IMG/VR virus record: IMGVR_UViG_3300032233_001718
Coordinates: 1-26,344 of that record
DNA: 26,344 nucleotides
Direction: 5' to 3' (one strand)
Source of the DNA: a virus
Lineage: Duplodnaviria > Caudoviricetes
This document shows positions 23,469-26,344 of the stretch, in pieces. The translations under genes were made by a program, and so were the position numbers. The notes beneath the pieces are model-generated. The model was given only the letters and a program-made list of their open reading frames with translations, was not told the origin of the DNA and did no database searches. Position 1 is the stretch's first letter, and each line of letters begins with the position of its first letter.

Positions 23469-23870
23469 ATGGCACAATTCATCACCGGCGACCAAGGTTC
23501 ATTCACGTTTGCGGGAGCAGAAAATGTTGTCGTTGCCAATTTTGGACAATGGAGTGCGGTCATCGACCGCAACGTGTTTCCCACCACGCCGTTTGGCTAT
23601 TTGACCGACCGCGTGACCCTTGGCCGACCTAGGGTGCGAGGCTCGTTTGTCGGGTTCTTTGACGGAGACATTACGCCAAAGATTCCTGAAAATGGTTCCA
23701 CGTCAGGAACGCTCACGCTCTTGCTCAAGTCCGGCAAGTCCTATTCGTTCAAGGCCCGCATTCACTCGCTCGGCATTGGTGCCAACAGCGTCGAGGGCGG
23801 TCCCATTCAACAGCAGTATCAGTTTGTCGGATCGGCTGATACCAACGCCGACACGATCACGGTTGCCTAA
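23469..23870 (+). CDS. Tail tube (major tail) protein (putative)
   Basis: 133 aa; MA..ITG..G, TTPFG...VTLG....GSFVGFFD, YSFKARI, YQFVGS pattern of tail-tube fold. Confidence 0.75.
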   Translation: MAQFITGDQGSFTFAGAENVVVANFGQWSAVIDRNVFPTTPFGYLTDRVTLGRPRVRGSFVGFFDGDITPKIPENGSTSGTLTLLLKSGKSYSFKARIHSLGIGANSVEGGPIQQQYQFVGSADTNADTITVA

Positions 23871-24193
23871 TGCCTGAAACCCAATCACAGCCCGGCGACC
23901 AGAACCAGCCCACACATACGGCGGCGAAGGTTGTCATTCCGTTCGACATCGACATCAGCCAGATTGAAACCAAGTTGGCTTCGCTTGAGCAGCGAATCGC
24001 CAATGCCAGAAACGTCGGCGGTGCCACCAGTCAAGAACAAACCGTCAGTCAATCCCGCGATGACAGGGTTGGCGACATGGGGACCGAGAAGCAGTTGATG
24101 ATGACAACGATGCTCAGGATCTCGGATCTCATGCGTCAGATCAATGACACCGTGACGCTGATTTACAATACTCAGTTGAACAACAATGCCTAG
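23870..24193 (+). CDS. Small helical protein in tape-measure position (mini tape measure or chaperone)
   Basis: KVVIPFDIDISQIETKLASLE resembles TMP N-termini; C-terminal amphipathic helix; lies between tube and tip genes. Confidence 0.5.
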   Translation: MPETQSQPGDQNQPTHTAAKVVIPFDIDISQIETKLASLEQRIANARNVGGATSQEQTVSQSRDDRVGDMGTEKQLMMTTMLRISDLMRQINDTVTLIYNTQLNNNA

Positions 24194-24980
24194 TCCCATC
24201 GTCACCAAGCTTGAGCAGAACTATCGCTACGCAACCGGAGCGACGGGTGGCTATGCCACCGAGTTGTACGAGGTGAAGTACGTCGATCCGCTCCAAGCTC
24301 TTGAGGATCAGGCCACCGCCGCAGGACTGCCAAAGGACTATCAGCCTCATCCGCTCAATCCCGATCTCCAAGTTCGTGAGCGAGTCATTGAACTGGTGAT
24401 CGACAACCAGACCACGATTGTTCGCGTTGACTATCGCCCCGCCTCATTTGACATCGGCGTGATTCAGTCAATTTCAGAATCAACCGAAGTCCGCAATTTG
24501 AAATTGATTTGGACGGCCAACTCAATCACGTCGCCTGATGGGGGCAATGCTTCTACGGGTTGGATTCTTCGCGGCGGCGACTACGACAGGGACATGGCCG
24601 TAAAGCTATTCACCACCATCCGTCGATATTCGGTGCTTGCTGGCGGCGACGTGAATCAAGTCTCCAACGCCATCATCGGCAACAAGGGTCGGTGGTACAA
24701 GATCGGCTCCTACCCGAACGAACGCATCTTCGTGTTTGTTGACGGCAAGCTTCGCAGGCTCAAGGACGGTCGCGTCTATGCCGAATACATGTTTGAGACT
24801 CACAACGGATTTGATTTGATTCCCGCAGGAACGTATCCGGGTCAAATCCTCGATGTACCAGCGTGCCCGCCCGCCGGTATGGTCTTCACTGACCTGACGT
24901 TCTCGTCAGGCCCTCGCTACACGGTCAAGACGGTTCTTCAAATGTACAAGCCAGGCTTGCCTTTGCCCGGATTCTCGTAA
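24186..24980 (+). CDS. Putative tail tip / hub protein
   Basis: 264 aa beta-rich, GLP....HP..P.L.V motif, position after tail tube module. Confidence 0.55.
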   Translation: MPSPIVTKLEQNYRYATGATGGYATELYEVKYVDPLQALEDQATAAGLPKDYQPHPLNPDLQVRERVIELVIDNQTTIVRVDYRPASFDIGVIQSISESTEVRNLKLIWTANSITSPDGGNASTGWILRGGDYDRDMAVKLFTTIRRYSVLAGGDVNQVSNAIIGNKGRWYKIGSYPNERIFVFVDGKLRRLKDGRVYAEYMFETHNGFDLIPAGTYPGQILDVPACPPAGMVFTDLTFSSGPRYTVKTVLQMYKPGLPLPGFS

Positions 24981-25267
24981 TGCCCATTGACGACTCAATC
25001 AAGATTTACCAAGGGGTTGTCACCAGCAGCTTCGGCAGCATGACCGCCGATGAGCTGTTGTATCACTACTGGGCAAGGGATGTTTCCAACCCGGATTCGT
25101 ACATCAAATCAACCCAACCCGCCAAGCCACGTCGCCCTTTCAGCGGCAACATTGAGATTGAGGAAGCGTTGCCGCCTGGAGCGGCGATTCTTGTCATTGA
25201 GCAGAAGGCGAACAGGACTCTCATCCTCATCGACCAAGAGAAGTACGCCACGACGGAGTGCCAATGA
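24980..25267 (+). CDS. Hypothetical tail-region protein
   Basis: TAATG overlap; 95 aa. Confidence 0.65.
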   Translation: MPIDDSIKIYQGVVTSSFGSMTADELLYHYWARDVSNPDSYIKSTQPAKPRRPFSGNIEIEEALPPGAAILVIEQKANRTLILIDQEKYATTECQ

Positions 25268-25605
25268 GCAGCGCGATTCCCGCCATCCAGACGGGTCAGA
25301 TCAACAACGAGCTGAACACGTCCACGAAGGCGTGGTATTCATACAACGTGTCGGGCTATACGTCCGTAGTCATCCACGTCAATGCCGCACCGGGTACGAC
25401 CTGGGCCGCAGGCGTGCAGATCGACGTGGAGATTTCGCTTGACGGCTCCAACTGGTCGGCGTTCTCGACTCCGCAAACGTACACCGCGAACGGCGTTCAG
25501 GCCAAGCTTGATATCCAAGACGTGAAGTACATGCGAACCCGCATCTCAACCAGCGGCTCGGCTGGTCAGATCAGGGTCATTGTGTATGGAGACACCAATG
25601 CGTGA
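25264..25605 (+). CDS. Hypothetical beta-sandwich virion protein
   Basis: VEISLDGSNW...YMRTR motif typical of discoidin-like/jelly-roll domains; ATGA overlap. Confidence 0.65.
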   Translation: MSSAIPAIQTGQINNELNTSTKAWYSYNVSGYTSVVIHVNAAPGTTWAAGVQIDVEISLDGSNWSAFSTPQTYTANGVQAKLDIQDVKYMRTRISTSGSAGQIRVIVYGDTNA

Positions 25606-26344
25606 ACTCCATCCGCTCGGCAAGATCACATTCCCGTACTTGCAGCCCAACGTCATCACCAACCCATCAACGGGTGGCGGCGGTGCCCTTGGCTACTACG
25701 GATCGTTCTACGACACCACCAGTCAAACGATTGCAAGCACGACGACAGCATACGTCATCGGCATCAACACCACGCTTGAATACAACGGCGTGACGATTGT
25801 CGGCGGAAGCAAGATCACCTTTGCAAACGCCGGAGTTTACAACGTCCAGTTCTCGGTTCAGCTCGCCAGCAGCGATACTTCAATCCACGATGCGAGCATT
25901 TGGCTGAGAAAGAACGGCGTGGACGTGCCGTACTCGACCGGCATGGTCAGCGTCCCCAACAGCCACGGCGGCATCGACGGCAAGATCATCTCTGCGTGGA
26001 ACTACGTCCTGACGGTTGCGGCTGGCGACTACATCGAGTTCTGGTGGCAGGCCGAAAGCACCAATGTCTACATCGCCGCCGTTCCCGCAGGAACCACCCC
26101 GACAACGCCGACCACGCCCAGCATCATCGTCACCGCTCAGCAGGTGATGAACACGCAGATTGGCGCATCTACGTTCACGGCTTTGACTGATACCCCGTCA
26201 AGCTACACGGGTCAGGCCAACAAGTACGTCATGGTCAACAGTGGTGAGACCGCCCTGGAGTTTGCTTCCGTCAGCGGAGGCGGTGGAAACGCCGTCATCG
26301 CCACGCTTGATTTCGGTACCAGCAAGGGCGACTACTCGACTTCA
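25598..26344 (+). CDS. Tail fibre/spike protein with C1q/TNF-like domain, 3'-truncated by window edge (absent from ORF track)
   Basis: GGAG RBS; open to end: MRELHPLGK...YGSFYDTTSQ...ITFANAGVYNVQFSVQL...IWLRKNG...AAGDYIEFWW...FTALTDTPSSYTGQANKYVMVN. Confidence 0.78.
   Translation, partial: MRELHPLGKITFPYLQPNVITNPSTGGGGALGYYGSFYDTTSQTIASTTTAYVIGINTTLEYNGVTIVGGSKITFANAGVYNVQFSVQLASSDTSIHDASIWLRKNGVDVPYSTGMVSVPNSHGGIDGKIISAWNYVLTVAAGDYIEFWWQAESTNVYIAAVPAGTTPTTPTTPSIIVTAQQVMNTQIGASTFTALTDTPSSYTGQANKYVMVNSGETALEFASVSGGGGNAVIATLDFGTSKGDYSTS

Larger units (their letters stand above)
1..26344 (+). mobile_element. Tailed dsDNA bacteriophage genome segment (phage or prophage; boundaries outside window)
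   Basis: Co-oriented, tightly overlapping ORFs in phage order: recombination/replication, lysis-like, terminase, portal, scaffold, capsid, neck, tail. No host housekeeping genes. Confidence 0.97.

Overview
The window is a contiguous piece of a tailed dsDNA phage (Caudoviricetes) genome, with all credible genes on the + strand. Left arm (1-9700): ferritin-like gene, CsrA-like regulator, recombination module (Fe-S/Cas4-like PD-(D/E)XK exonuclease, Sak4/AAA_24-type ATPase, SSB-like protein), ParB-like protein, SF2 helicase, a block of small accessory ORFs, TOPRIM primase, small HTH protein and endonuclease. Middle: two putative lysis membrane proteins and a tandem paralog pair. Right arm: unusually long terminase large subunit, portal, scaffold, major capsid, probable head accessory genes, a methyltransferase-glycosyltransferase fusion, adaptor, tail terminator, tail tube, a possible miniature tape measure and tail-tip/fibre genes (last one truncated). 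Main leads: (1) three copies of a 21-27 bp Shine-Dalgarno-containing direct repeat that delimit accessory gene cassettes; (2) a tRNA-like RNA with two T-arms and no clear anticodon arm inside one cassette; (3) a Cys-rich phage CsrA whose ANGGA target motif sits inside that repeat; (4) a 107-aa tape-measure-like gene; (5) a helical u-spanin candidate with no endolysin visible; (6) a separately promoted MTase-GT2 fusion among virion genes. No integrase, CRISPR array or rRNA was seen. All family assignments come from motif recognition and synteny by eye, not database searches.
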